Assembly: GCA_977020255.1 (NCBI GenBank)
Contig: CDROCS010003925.1
Span: 124,001 to 188,000, forward strand
DNA from: Obrimoposthia wandeli
Taxonomy: Eukaryota
DNA: 64,000 bases
Direction: 5' to 3'
Every line of letters begins with the position of its first letter. The stretch's first letter is position 1. The position numbers were made by a program, and so were the translations under genes. Shown piece by piece: positions 30,528 to 45,730 of the stretch. The notes beneath the pieces are model-generated. The model worked only from the letters and a program-made list of their open reading frames with translations. It did no database searches and was not told where the DNA came from.

Positions 30528-33500
30528 TCAATGACGACTGTTATGGAACCGTTTCCAAACTTCTTCGTTGTCGTCTTCCAAATGACGTTTTTCATATTCC
30601 TTCTGAAATTCTGGGCCCAACATCTTAAGATCTGCGTCGTCTCGAATGACCCCCTGAAATACGAATTTGCGCATGCATCATCAACACCATCAGCACTAGA
30701 GACCATGACTTTCTGCCACTCAGTTATAATTTTCCCACAACATCATTTACATTTAATGATCACTTTTGTAGGTATTTTTACTGATATTTACTTTACAACA
30801 ACATCCAGTAATTATTTATTGATAAATAAAACTCTTTCACTATTTTTTGTCTAAATTTGAAATTTATCATTACCAAGGAAAACAGAGAAATTTAAAAACA
30901 CTTTGACACATAATTTTATTTTTTTTGCCCCAGAAAACCATAGCCTCTATTTATAATAATAATAAAGTCAAAATCGTCTTCGTAGATGAATTATTAATTA
31001 CTTTTTAATTAGTGAATACTGTCTTTAAATATTTCAACTTTCGTTTAATTATTATTTATTATTCGAAGATTTTTTAAAAGTTTTTAGGTCTGAGAATTTT
31101 TATGTTAGTAATTCAACTGCTAGGCTGCATGAAAGGTTTGTCACAAGATGTAACGTGGTCTCTGTTGAACCTTTGTCCACATTAAGTCTTGAGTCAATAT
31201 TGTTACATTGTCAGAGGACAGCCTCATTAACATGCTTACTAATCCGCAGCTAGTTTCAACAAATACAGTTATATTCTCGAATATATATCGTGAAAAGTGA
31301 ATTGCTTGAAACTAGCTACAACAGAGAACAGTCAAATGTATATTGGATTATTGTTAAAAATATGATTCAACAATCCTCACCTTGGGAAGATAGCCCAAGA
31401 GCTGGTGCGCGTGTTGCTGCAACAACTTCTGTCGCTCTTCCTCGACAATCTGGCGACGCAGTTCTTCCATCTGGCGCTGATAGAGTCTGTCATGTTCCAC
31501 CTCCGCACGCGCTGCCTCAGCCTCCTCGCGTCTCTGCCGCATACTCTCCTCTACTATGCGTCGGTGCTCTTGCTGGCGCATGCGTCTCTTCTGAGCGCTC
31601 ATTTGCTCCAGGCGTTCTTCCTCAGCATACTGGCGCATCAGCTGCTCCCGTTCCGCCTCCTCGCGGGCTCTCTCTAACTGCTGCTGCTGCTCACGCTCTC
31701 GTAGTTGGGTCTCCCGGTCACGCTGCGCCTCCAGCCGCTGCCGCAGTCTGCGCTCTAGCTCCGAGCGCTCGTGCAGCCTGGCGCGCCGCTCCTCCTCCTC
31801 CAGTGCCAATTCTTGCCGAACTGCCTCCATCTCGGTCCGCTGCCGCTCGCTCTCAGCCATCCGCGCCGCCAGGTCCGCCTGGACCGTCGCCATTGCCGCT
31901 TCTCGAGCTCGACGCTCTTCCGACACCGCGCTAGCTCGCTCTTGTTGCACTGCCACAAACTGGCGGATTCTCGCGTTCTCTTCCTCGTTGCGACGGGCCT
32001 CTTCAGATCGCCACTCGGCACGCATACGACTGAACTCCTCGATGTATTCCTGGTTGGCTTTCTTCTTCAGCAGATTGTGTTCACGCTCCCTGAACGACGA
32101 CGATGACTTTTAACTAATTTGATGAGTTAATTATTTTGATCGATTACCCGGATATACTACCGAATATATTACTACAAACATTGAAATGACGGGCAAGAAA
32201 ATAATTCCGGATACCTATTTCTTAACATAATTTTTTACTGTTTTATAAATGTACATAAAATTTTTTCACGGTAAGAACTAGAAAATTAAATTATTTAATA
32301 ATTGAAGAGAAATGAAAATAAAACCTATGCTACATTATTTGGATTTAAGAATAATATAAACTGTATTAACAAAAAATGTTCAATTCATGTCAAGGAAAAT
32401 ATTATTAAATTGAAAATAAAACAAAGAACAATAGTTGCGTCCTCGATGTAAACATTACAATTGCATTAATTTATTATAGGTGATTCACAACTCTGAAGAT
32501 TATCACCGTTGAGTTGAGTTGGGTTTAAAATTAATAAAGTGATAAGCAAATACAACAGCCATAAAATCGAATAAAAGGCTTTAATACTGAGCTAACTACA
32601 ATGCTAATTACATGTAAACTTGATTTTCAAAATTATTTGATGTTTAATTTTCCTATTCAACATTTAAATTGCTTGCAAAAATAATTAAACAGAGACATCA
32701 TACTTATATTCAAATTTTAAAAAAGCTAGTACTAGTGAATATTTAAAGTAGCTTCATTGAGTACCTATCAATGCAAGAATTAAATTGAAGATCCTACTTA
32801 AAATTAAAAAAAAACTCTTTCCAAATAGCTTAAATATGTATATGATCTTCTCCAACATGGTGAAGTGATCATCTATATGAATTTTAGAAGCAAAATTAGG
32901 ATAAGCAACTACAGATCGGTCAAATAATTCTCATAAAAAGAGTGATGGAATATTCGAAATTTATGTTCGGTATCTTTACAAAAATATATCAATAGATATA
33001 AGAAACTGTAACAATGTTCAAAAATTCCAAAATGTAGCTAAAGACTTTTAGAAAATATCTCAAAGAATAATGGAAAACAGGAAGCGCTTTTGAGTAATAA
33101 ATATATTATTGTTATAGTTATGTAATCAGAAGCTGGAAATATCCTACCGGCAATATTTGTTCATAAAATGCCCTGTATATATGTATAAATGTATTGTGTT
33201 TGTAGAATCTGACCTTTTTGAATTATGTCTACGATAGAAAATCTTACTGTTATTGCTGTTATCTCCAAATTGAAAAATAAAACTGTGTAATGGTTTGATT
33301 GGCTCAATATTAAGGGTGTGTAGCACAACTTACTTGGCATCTTCATCACAGATCTTACGCACAATCTCATCGATCATGATCTTGTCACGCAGGAACTCCT
33401 CGTACGCCCGCTTCTTCTGCTGCTCCTTCTCCTCGAGTTGTGCACCCAGCTCCTCTTGGTAGCGTTTCTTTTGGCGCTCTGCTGCTGCTCCCCGTGTAAT

Positions 33501-34816
33501 TGCTTCCTCCTCTTGAGCCCGCAACACCTCCCCCTCCACAATACGTGCACGCTCTGCCTCAGCCACTGCTGCATCATAGGCCAGAGCACGCTTTTCTGTC
33601 ATCTGCGCCTGTCGCTCTTTAGCTACATAGGCTGATCGCAGTTTGCTTTCCAGAGCCTTGATTTCCTCGCTGCAATAAAACACAACTGTGGCATTTTGTC
33701 TGGATCATGAATAACATTCGGGACAGTGGTTCTCAATTCTTCTAGAACCGGTTTTCCCCATAATGCGTCTACTAAATAAAGCTTAAACCCTTAATCATTG
33801 AAGATACAACCATAGAAATTTACGAAACTGACAATTACAATAGATATACAGTAGGTGTAATTCTGTCAACGAAAAGTAAAGGTTTTGCGCACTAACCTAT
33901 TTTCCCGGATTTGCTGTCTCATTTTCTCGTCACGTGTGGACTCGACACGCGTTTTCTCCATCTGAGCGGCTATCTGTTCTTCTTGTGTTCGCTGCATTTC
34001 CAGAGTCCGGGCACGCATTTCCTTCTGCACAAAAAACATAGAATTCACAATTCCTTTAACAAAAATTTGTATATTAAGAAAATTTAAAGTATAAAATGAT
34101 AGAATACGTTTGGTAAGTTTTATTACATTTCAATTAAAGATAATATAACCAATATTGTCTCAATAACAAACCAAATACATTTAAAATGAGATATCAGTCT
34201 TCAAAAATCCATTATCAAAAGCGGTGGAGAAAAAAATACGGACTAAGTGAACATATACATGTCGAGGATTGCATAAAGATAAACTTAGAATTGTGAAATT
34301 ATCATGAAATCAGTTTTAAGACATTAAAATTCTCTTAGTAGGATTTCTATTATTTTCGAGAAACATCACCAATTCCTTTGACTAAATGGTCTTAAAAATT
34401 GAAAACACAGCAATACACAATATGAATGATCAAATGATGACCATCTCTAAATTCAGTTCCCCTTTAACAAAATACATATGGAATAAAACATTGTACTATC
34501 ATTAAATACCTCTTGAAGTTGCTGTATTATTTCCTCTTCATTCATCTGCTGTTGCATAAGTCGAATCATTCGCTTATTTTCAACTTTTTCGTCTCTTTTA
34601 ACCGCTTCTTCATAACGAAGTCTCGTTTTTCGATCATTGTCAGTATCTTTAATCCATTGTACTCTATCAGCTTCCTTTGCTTGATTTGCTAACCAAGTTT
34701 GTCTAAGTGTAGCCTAAAAAATCAAAAAGTAAGTCATAAATTAATATAAATTATTTTAAAAATAAAAATAATTTCAAATTTTATTAATTTCAAATATTTA
34801 TTTAATCCATTACCAT
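30528..34816 (-). CDS. MNS1: Meiosis-specific nuclear structural protein 1; exons 34816-34814 (ATG, tentative), 34713-34510, 34024-33897, 33669-33334, 32089-31381, 30653-30528 (~501 aa)
   Basis: EKMRQQIRENS, AYVAKER, LEQMSAQKRRMRQQEHRR, IVEEERQKLLQQHAHQLLGYLPK|GVIRDDADLKMLGPEF; all GT-AG introns are phase-compatible. Confidence 0.92.
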
Positions 34817-35449
34817 AGTAACAAAATATGTATATTTTAAACAATTTTAGTAATATTATATTCATAGATTAATTTACCAATATTAATACAAATGTGTCTG
34901 ATAACACCAATGAATATTATTTAACCATTACATTGCAATATACAATTTTTGATCATATAAATTTTTTTATATTAGTGCTTTTAGGAAGAATAATTTCTTC
35001 ACCTCTGAACATATGTTATTAGCCATCATAATAAATATTTTGTTTTTACTTATATCATATATCTAAAACAATATAATTTTTTTATATTATGATTTCAGAG
35101 ATTTACAATTTAACAAATCATAGTTTAACAAATCATATAATTTATTCTCACATATTTTGTAAAAATTTACATTTATATATTTAGTTTATATATAATTGGA
35201 TAACATATCATTTTTAACTAAAACTATGATATATTCTTTAGCAAAAATTAAAAACAGGGCGTATGAGCGTCTATCTGGAATCTGTTTACAAACACACACT
35301 CCAACGAAAGGAGCCAAACACTCAATCCCACACTATCCGCTGCTGACAGATCGTTTAATTTTAATTCAACGCACAATGGCTAAAAACTAATTTTAAATGT
35401 ACTGCCTGTATACGCATAATTTTTCGTGATCCACTGTATTTCCATCCTT

Positions 35450-36300
35450 GACTTTAGCAAGTCATATAGAGTGAGCCCTGTAGGAAATTGATGAATGATA
35501 GCAAAGGCAGCTGTGGCTACAATACCGACTACACAACAACACTATATGTTCAAAACTAAGGCTGTGACCCAACTGCTAGCATCAAGGATAAACCGTTACT
35601 TACATATGCATAATAAACTTAAAGCAACACTAACTCGAAACCTCTCAAATATATACAGTAACATTATCCCATTTAATTTTTACAACGAAATTATCTTGAG
35701 TCATATTCTCGGTCAAAATGACAAACTGAGCCAAAAAAGAGTAGCATAGCACAACAATCACTCAGGCGATCGTGTCACTGGGAAAATGAAAAGCCAGAAT
35801 GAAAGGAACGCACTTCCACGCTTTTGAAAACTTGCATATATGTGACTTGAACCTTTGATAATCAGTTGCTATACTAACCAACTAAACACAAATGATGCAA
35901 GAACGGTTGTTACTCGTTTACATCAAATATCTTCCGACACCACAAACTATGGATGACCATATCCATATGTAAATCTCTTGAATACTTTCAGAAATGTATC
36001 AGTATTGAGACACTGTGCCAACTTTAGATGGACTGAATACACTTGAAGACAAGTAACGATTTGCTCCTGTCTTTTGTCTTTCCTGGATTGATAACATGGG
36101 ACCTGCGAAATCAACACCTACTCTAGGAAACAGTCAAAACAAATTTCGAAAGCAGGAACTGGACAAATGCGCCAAATGCGACATTCCCTTCGCTGCGATT
36201 ATTTTGCATCTCTCTAACATATTGCCTACTTCTACAATCAATCTTCAAACATATAGAATCAAATAACGAGACTGAATCTAACTTAAAACATAATTTCTGT
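35450..36300 (-). mobile_element. Decayed BEL/Pao integrase remnant
   Basis: GVDFAGP (36118-36098) followed by TCL..VHL.L...L.TDTFL..FKRF; many stops. Confidence 0.7.
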
Positions 36301-38399
36301 GTGTTTAAAATATGCCAAAACTCATATGTCTGGCCAAATTACAGGGTAGGGAACATCGTAGCTCAATAATTCTGTATTATTATTCTGAAATTACATCTCA
36401 TTACATCTCATCCTTAACCATTTTTAATTTATAAATCATACTATCTCTTTGAATTTTATTTACCCTTTTTAAACACTTTTTATTCTTCTCAAAAAATTCC
36501 TTGTGACATTATCAGATTAAGTAAATCTCTACATCTAATGTCTCTTTTACTGACAGCTCTCCATATACCTTTCCCTTCTTTGTCAGTCTCCAGTTGTGCA
36601 AAAATTTGTTTACTTATGCTCTCACTCTATTAAAAAGTCTAAAAAGAAGAAAATATTTTTTAATTTTAAAGAGCTCGTTATTCCAACATAAAATCTCATT
36701 TTATGTGCTAAATACATTATCAGAAAGCTTTTGCGTTCCTCATTTTTCTTTTTCGGCTTGAAGTTACAACACTCCAGCTATAATTCTTACTCTTTTACCA
36801 AAAATTCCGTCATCTTACTATAATGTACTTTGTGCTAATGATTCGCCATTTGTTCTCTCATTTACATAGGTATCCCTGGGGATGAGTTCAATTATGTTAG
36901 TCACATAAGGTTTGACATTTTCTTGCAGCTCCACGTACCACAGAACATCCATACTATAAGACCAAAATAGAATTTCCACGATATTTAATTTAAGGCTACT
37001 ACTAGTTGTTTTTTTAATTTTACTCCAAAGCTTGCTGCCATCAATTCGAGTACAGGAATACTTAGGACGTTGAACAGCAACATCATTAATTTGGATGCAA
37101 TAGATTCTGAACGAATCCACTCGCCCTTCTGTCAATGGTGCTGTTAGAGTTAAATGTAAAAGAACATTAAAATAACAAATATATAAATTACTATCCTTTA
37201 AAAATGTTAAGCAAATAAATAACAATTGCTTAAGTTATGAATAAAGTGCAAACCAAAATATTTATTAAAATGTTATGTAGTGACCTACGATAAAGAATAA
37301 TAGTTTTAAAATATTAATTAATTTTGTGTAAAATCCACCTTGTTACAAATAACTTTTTAAAGAAAGACGATAGATTAAAATCTGCACTACACTAAATTTA
37401 GTAATGAAATATCGATTTATTTCATATATGCTCGAAAGTTTTACAACTTTTGTATTAAGAAAGATCCACAAAAATGTGAATTTTGTTAATTAAAACGTTA
37501 ATTAATTAAACTTTAAAGTAGAATTTCTAGACATCTAAAAGTCGCAAATAAATTAACAAAACATAATTTTAAAACATAAATTATTTCCAATTTAAATATG
37601 TACAGCTCATCAAAATCCCACCTTTGGGTAAAATTGTCCTATAGTATATGAAAGTACATAAAACTTTACAATACTAACAGGTAAACACACCTACTAACAT
37701 GTTACCCGATGGAACCTAGGTGGGCAAATTATCTAAATGACTAAACCCCATTTTGATTAAACTAATCTAAATCAAAAGCTTTGACAGGGAGATCCGGGCA
37801 CTACATAGAAATTAAAAGGATATAAAAACCCTGGTTTTTGGCAATAGGATAAACATTAATTGTAGTGGCAATCGTAACTGGCCTCCTACTAAAATCCTAC
37901 AGGTCATTATTTTGATTTTTAAATATTTTAACGTTTTAAAAATATTGAAATTTTTATTTGAGACCTCTCATAATTGTTGGCTCCCTGGTTATTTTATGTA
38001 TTTAATCAAATTATATTACAATTTTTGTATATAATTTAAGCCCAACAGTACACAACTGCTCAGTAAGCACTTTTCAAGCGTATATAAAAATGTGTACTTG
38101 AACATGTTACTAAATTTCGTATAAAACATCGTAATATGAACATCTTCTCTAATTTTTTACGATCCTCAATCCAATTTGTCATTTTCCATTCAATGACTGT
38201 CAGAACGTTCTCATCACAACGAGCACATGAAGCTTACAATTTCTGCATAATTATTTTCCCCTGCTTTGATTATCAGACTGACAAAACCTAATTGATTGAA
38301 TAATCGATTGCAGACAACAAACTTTAAATGTATTTTTGTGATCTTATCCACGTTTATTATTTAATATTGAAATCAAAAACATCTTCATTGCAATCTCAG

Positions 38400-39600
38400 C
38401 TGACTCCCAAATTATTCGCTGCTAACATTTATGCTTTTGGATTCTTATCGTCTGTGTAAGATTGTCTTTGCTATCTTCTCTTGTATATATTTAAGATTTA
38501 TCACCCACTTACAAAAACATCGACAGTACTATTCTTTCATTACTACACGTACCTGACAAACCTTTACACTTAAACTCCCAATTAACTACTTTCAAGTCGC
38601 ATGTAACGTCTTTCCCATCTAACTCTCTGAACTCATTTTTATTCTTTAATTCCCACTGTGTCATTCTATTTTACAGGAGTAGCCATCATATGTTTGCTCT
38701 TCCCTCAACTGACTTCCATTGGTACGAAACCAGCCTTCCACTTATGTCCAACTCTTGAGCTATTTGTTCATATTTATGGATTGTACTAGTATCGTCTAGC
38801 AAGGCGTCCACTCTCACAGACTTTTTTGTCATTTGAAGGCACAACTATAACTGTTCATAACACCACTACATTTAATTATTATGATTCCAACTTCTTATTT
38901 CTTATTTTAAATTCAATTTTTTTGACACTAGTCATTTCATTTCCGTAAAATAAGATACTGCCTTGGCTATTTCCTGATTACACTGTTCGTTCTTTTGCAA
39001 TGCTTGCCATTACTTCTTTTAACTCCCAATAACTACACTCTATCTGTTCCAATCCCTCTTCAAATCTTCGTTCAGCTACATTATCACCTAATATTACCAC
39101 TACTCCAACTTGTCCACTGACCTCTTCGTCATTGCTAAATACCTTTCCTCGTATTCCACTGTTAGGTCTCTTATACATGGTTTTCTTATTCTATACAGAA
39201 CTCGGTTTTGCAATCTCGTTAAAATTTCTTTAACGATCCTAATCTTTCTCACCCATTGGCTATGTATTCATCATAATTTAATCCTCCCTACACTCTTTAA
39301 AGTAGTCACATTATCATATCTTAGTCCAAAAACGTTTCTTATTTATCGCCAGATCCACAACTGCACTTTCTTTAAATATAATGAAGAATGTATCCTCTTG
39401 AATTTTCCACAACAGCACCGTAACATCATTTAATTTATCTTTAAGCTATTCTCCAACTACTTTCAATCTTTTATTTTTTCTATCACCACACTCGTCTTTG
39501 TCCGCTTGTTTAAAGTTCCTCTCCTCTTCTGTAGCTTGTTTAGGAATTTCAATCTTGCTCTTGTTATTGGCCTATCCAGTGTAGGTACTCAAAACAGCTT
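38400..39600 (-). mobile_element. Decayed BEL/Pao gag-protease remnant
   Basis: VRVDALLDDTST..IAQELDISG (~38820-38740) resembles the Pao aspartic protease; heavily interrupted. Confidence 0.5.
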
Positions 39601-42199
39601 TTGTTTGTGTCAGACACCAAATGTATGCTGGCCGGAATATTAAAATTTAAAATCTATTTAAGTAACCTTTTAATATCTAAAGAACGGAAAATTTTTCAAC
39701 CGATAATTTTTACAATATCCTACAAATCAGCCCTGCCTTTCCACACAGCTATTTCCTCTCACCTATCTAAGCTACTATCCATTTCGTTAACTGATAGCGC
39801 AATCTAATAGCCTCCAACATAGCCGCAGAACAAAACAGGTTGAGATAAAATGAAATGATAAAATATACCCATCTGCCTTGCTCAAGCGCGATTGTATTTT
39901 TCATTTTTCTAACGATACCACCGGTAACAATCAGTGAATCAGGTCCGTTATCTCCAACGACTCCAGCACTCGCATTTCGTTCAACCGCTCTGAGAAATGA
40001 CAAAACACATGTGGTATATCCGATGACCTTCTCAGCCCAGACGTCGTAGTCAGACCTCGAAGCCTCATCCTTTGTCGTCCCTCTTTGGTAAGCAAGATAG
40101 ACTCCATCCGTCATCCAGTGTTGGCAGGAGCTCTTGACTCGCACAGTGAACCGTTGAGTTTCCGGTGTTTGGAAACACATTTTTCATGGGATCAATTGGG
40201 TTAATCCTCATTGTGACCTCCAGTCACTCCACTTTTAATCTTTTGAATTTTGTCGTGTTTCCCTCTCCCATCAACATCAACTTTAGGGTTGCTGGCGTAC
40301 TTTTCTCCACGTAAACTTTCACAAACTCCTCAACCATCTCATCATCTCACTCCATATATTCAGCTAACTTCGCATTATAAACTTTCCCTTCTTTTGTAAT
40401 TTCAACCACGCTTCTCATACCATTTGGGAAAACAAAAATTTAATCATTTACTTAAACTATAATATATTATTTAAGAACAAATAAAATTTTAATTTCAAGC
40501 AAATGATCGTCTCTGCACGCTATACACCCTGCTACAAAAGGAGCAAACCCCCAATCATACCGACCTCCACTGCTGTAAGGCAAAAAATGTTGATAAACTG
40601 TAGGTACGCCTTTTCATTATAATTCAGCTTGACTAGTTTTAAATTTACTGTCCTAGATGTTCTTCTTTTTTGTGATACTCTAAATTGACAACGGTTATAT
40701 GTTATGGGGCACTTTTAAGTGATTATTGATAAAATTTGTACTTGGTTTTGTTTAGTTTTATTATTTATTTGTATTTAGTAATATGCAAAAATCAGTTTTA
40801 AGAAATGTTGGAAAGCCGCTGAAAATTAAAGAAGTGGAGAATCCCAACGAAGTGTGTCGAAAACATTGAAGATGGGTACATAAATTTGGAAAATATATTA
40901 AACTTCAAACGATATAAATGATAAGCTAAAGTCTAATCGCACCTAAAAGTAACCATGTGTGAAGAAAAATAAATATTTTTAATGTATCCGAAAAATAAAT
41001 TTACGTGGTCCAACGAATTATAGGAAAATTTGACAACCAACCAACAAATATCACTGAGCACTGTTAAACAAATCTTGAGCGTGGGTTAAAGTAGTGAGGC
41101 GGTGATAAATAGATTTATCACGAAAATACAAATAAAAACGGCTATTTTGTAAAATGCAATGTTGTCATGGAGTCAACAAGCGCTTCAAAATCTTTTCTTT
41201 TTGGAAGATAATTTTCTTAAAATTAACTTTTTATGTTCAAGTAGTAATGTACGTAAATGCAATTTTAATTGTAAAACTCTAATGATCTGGCGTTGAATAA
41301 AATATGATGGAATGTGCAATAATGTCAAAATAATGTGTATATCGATGAAAATCCCTTTTTAAGAGAAAAACCTTTTCAATTATATGAATCAATAAATATT
41401 TTTGTCGTAGACAGTGCTCTGGTTCATAGTTCTACGTTTACAATAGATTTTATTGAATAATATCGAGAATGTTTGATTAAAAATAAAGAGAGAAATGGAC
41501 AAAACAAAATTTACATAATTAAATGATGATTCATTCAATTTTAAATAGAAAATTAAAATTTTTAATCTATCTCTTCCGTGAAGACTTAATGCTGTAGAAA
41601 TCAACACAGGTGGTATATCAAATACTGACAGACTCACTAAGATATTTTCTTACATATATATGTGATTAATTTTCTTTGATTACAATAACAGTTAGTGGCT
41701 CATTTCTTTTAGCAATGATTTAGGCCAATTAATTTTCAAATGAATTTTTTACATAAATATAGTAAATCAATGTTGCTTATTATTGTTTGTGTATTAATTT
41801 ATATACAAAGTATATTATATACTAAAGTCATAGGGGTGTAATTATTTAATATGGCTCATAAAATATTATTGAAAGTGTACTTGTTAGTGGTAACGCCTAA
41901 ATTCATTGATGTTGGCTTTGAAGGTAATTAATATTTAATTCAAAAGGAAACAATGCTATTTTCGATTATTGTGTTTAGAAAAATAGACAATTGTTAAATT
42001 AATAAAACTAAATTATATTACCAGAAATAATTCATTTTAAATTAGTCAATAACTTTAAAATGATGTGTCCTATATTTTATAGTCAAATTCTTCTAATAAT
42101 ATTATTAGATTTTATTTGTATAATTCATATTTCTTCTTTATTAAATTTCCATCCACTATATTTATCAAAGAAAATCACAAAATGACTCTCATAACAATT

Positions 42200-43800
42200 C
42201 TGACGATAAATATATTATGTCCAGCTATTATATAGCCATAAATTCACACACACACACACACAATCCCATTGAATCAAAAACACGAGACAAAAAGCATAGG
42301 AAATTTCTTTTTGTTATCTTTCCAACCTTTGGCAACCCAAAATTATATTTAAATGCGTATTCCTTACACTGCCAACTCATACCTAATGTTGTCTGCTGCC
42401 AAGTATATGTGCCGACACGGATCTGCTATTTAGCGCCCATCTTTGCGCTCATTCATCAATTATCGCCTCGTGTACTTGATTATGGTCGGTACCAATTATC
42501 ACATCTACCTGGTTTTTACCTTTAAGCAACGAACATTTAATTGAATTTAAATATGTTCATTTTGTTTCATTTGTCTTTCAATTAATCCCCTGAAGATCCC
42601 CAGTAACTTTCTTTGCAGCCAAGGAATGGAATCTTGTCCTTAAATGTCTATATATGCTAAATATGATTATATTCTCAGGCATCGCCTGCATTATCTCTGT
42701 CTGTCCACCGATCACTCCGACGAGAACCCAAGTAGCTCTCCCATTCAACTGCAATTTGAGCGCAATATCAAGGCATACATAACTTGTAGTGCTTGTGTCA
42801 TCTAATAAATAATTTACCTGAAGATATCTTCCACTGTTTTTTTTTAATACAATTCGTACCATCCACAACGCCATCACTATTTGTACTATCTTGTAACTTC
42901 TTTCTACTTGAGTTACGAATGTTGCATCGTCATAACTACTGTTTTGAATCACATTAATGTTTTCTTTGACTGGGTGCAATAGCTAATGATGTTTATAGTT
43001 ACAAATCTTCTGTTTTCACATCTTAAAGTGTTTACAATCATTTCTTAAGTTACGTTTTCGCCAAAAAATACCACATAACTCCATCTCTCGAACTGCCTTC
43101 CGTTTGTCATTGGGGTGTAATGCTTTAAAACCAAAACATTGATCTAAATAATTATTCTTTCCACACTAGAAGCAAGTCTTCATAAATTCGTTTTTCTGTT
43201 CTGTATTGCTTCCTTCTTTATAACCAAAGTGTGCTTATTGATACATTTGAATTACTGTTTATTCTATATCTCTTATCATATCCAACACCTTTCTCAAGTA
43301 ATTACCCAAGTAATTCCACCTTTCCCAATTGATGATTCCCACTTCTGAGAGGTTTTGGAGCTTCTTTTGTAGTGTAAATACATTCTTTAATTTGTGTTCC
43401 TTTCCTAATTATTTCAAACGTATTACTGTTATTTCTAACAATTCTACTGGACGCTTCATATCTTTACAATCCACATATTCAATAACGATTAGCTTTTCAA
43501 CATCTTCAACTAAACTCAAATAGCTTCTTTCTGTACCGCCATACATGAATTCTTAATAAGGCAGCATTAAATGCTTCAGATCTGTAACCTAAATTCTCAA
43601 TTAACTTCAATGCGTCACTACTTAAGTATTGATGCAAGTGTAACAGCTTTTCCAATTTATCTTCTCTCACAATTTCATTACAGACACAAATATTGAACGC
43701 AATTTATCATAGTCTTACCTCCAAATATCGAATTTTTAAAGTTTTTTAACCTCCTCAAATCCCCATCTTGTCTAACATCTTCCAAAATTCCATCACAAGG
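42200..43800 (-). mobile_element. Decayed BEL/Pao gag-protease-RT remnant
   Basis: KLEKLLHLHQYLSSDALKLIENLGY (DUF1759-like gag); YLLDDTSTTSYV...LVGVIGG (protease); SRVFDSMG (cf. SxxFDPLG). Confidence 0.65.
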
Positions 43801-44629
43801 CGGTTGGGGCATTATACTATGATCTTAAATACTAGAGTACACACTTACTGATCTCCCAGCTCTCTCTGATTAAATTTCTCAATATTTATTTTAAATCATA
43901 ATATTTACTCTCGATCGCTGCTAACTCATCCTCATACTGTCTCGCTATCTCACCATTTCCCAATCTTTTTGTTAAATACATAAACCCCATCCATTTCTCT
44001 ACAAGTTCAATTCACATATCTTCGTACTTTTGTCTTAATTCATTAATCTCCGGATTCTCTAAACTAGCTAATACTTTATTTTGTAATCTCATGAAACCTG
44101 TTTTTTCAACACGTTTCTGTCGTATTCCCTGTTTTAAAATCTCCTCGTCCCTTAACCCACCCCTTAATCTCAATAACAATTGCACTACTAAACCATTTTT
44201 TACAACTACATTGCACATCGCTTGACATCCAATAATCTTCTGTTAAACATAACATAAAATTTAGTTTCGTCTATCTTCTATAGTTTTTTGTGTTCGCTCT
44301 CCTAATGGACAATTATCCTTTACTTTTAGCTCTTCTTCTCATCCCTTCCAATCAAATGTTCTTACTTTAGCTAAATCCATATTGTATTTGCTATCAGTGG
44401 GAAATTTCATCTGCATCAACTGGATTTTTTTATAAACTTCGGCCAAACTCTGTTCGTAGCCCTTTCCACAACACGAACCCAGAACAACTGCTTATTAATT
44501 TTTTTTTACATATATCAAAGACAGTTTTGCCTTTTACAGTTATTCATTCTCACAAACAACACTCTTTAGTCACCTTTCTTCCCGCTCCAAAATGTTGTCA
44601 GAAAAGCAGAAATACAAAAGATAGTTCGA

Positions 44630-45730
44630 AATTTTATATTCGATAAAAACAAATTTCATATCAAAGAAGATGATTCAGCATTTTTAGATGAATATAAAAG
44701 AAAAATAGATGTTGAAGCTTTTTCAAAAAAGTATCAATGGACTGTAACAATTCAACTTTATGTTTACAAGAAGGAAGAAATTGGAACAAAGCTATCTATG
44801 TTGAAAATTAAACGATCTCATATCCCTATGTTTTGACTGTTTTTTCCTTATATGTTACTTTATTTTTACCATGTTTTATATTTCTTCATGTTTTCAAGTA
44901 ATATATTGTAATCAGTTTTAATTTTTTTATTTCTTTTATAATATTTAAATCTTTAAATTTTTATATAAACATTGTTTTTTTAATCAGTTTTTTTAGAATG
45001 GATCATCTTCTGAGTTATTTACGAAATTTGTATTACAAGGAAAGACTTTTCAAAGGGAAACCCTGTAATATATCAAATAAGCATCAAATTATAAGTGTTA
45101 TGGATCCTGTGTAAATATCAAAAGTCGAAAACAAATATTTAATTAAAAATTTAACAACATCTGATATTGATGAATTCAAAAATATTCAGGGATTTTGAAT
45201 ATGCATATGAAGGATTTTTTTTCAGATTGAAGGTGATCCCAATTTGACTTGTAAAATTGACATTGGTCATTTGATTAGTCTATATTTAGATGGAGAAATA
45301 TGGAATATTTCAATAAGACTTAATGAGTACTATGCTGATGGCAATGAAAATTAACCTTCTTTAGACTTTGAATGAAGCTAATATATTTTATATGTGTTGA
45401 TTTTAGAAATTTATTAAAATTAATTTTATCTTAAATTTAGTTTTCTTCTCTCCAAAAAATATAAGCCTGAAATAGATTAATTTGTCCTCCATCCACTCCT
45501 AACAGGCTTATAAATGTAGTCTTTTATTCATACAAAATTATTATCTAAAATTTCGTCTTCGACAATTCGATACTGACGGGGTCAATACAGCTATCTGGAT
45601 GCAAGTGGTCTTCTATATTCACTTTTTGAGTACTTAATTTCATCCTTGGATGTCAGATGTTAAATTCATACACACATGAACAAAATTTCACTACATACAC
45701 ACATGCAAGGTTTTTAACGACAGAGGTACC
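44630..45730 (+). mobile_element. Remnant of a second, diverged copy of the same Polinton family (left end, inverted)
   Basis: DDSAFLDEYKRKIDVEAFSKKYQWTVTIQLYVYKKEEIGTKLSMLKIKRSHIPMF* matches ORF 10842..11318; 44960-45200 resembles the reverse complement of 10490-10760; 45660-45730 resembles the terminal region 26880-26935. Confidence 0.8.

Noticed and set aside
30350-30706. ORF with RCWAQ resembling a MULE transposase CxxH region
   Set aside because: It is an alternative frame over the last MNS1 exon (30653-30528, GVIRDDADLKMLGPEF).
31290-32106. Plus-strand ORFs 31290..31934, 31405..31677, 31771..32106
   Set aside because: Antisense shadows of the GC-rich MNS1 exon.
36818-37225. 135-aa minus-strand ORF, possible LINE remnant
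   Set aside because: No diagnostic RT or endonuclease motif recognised.
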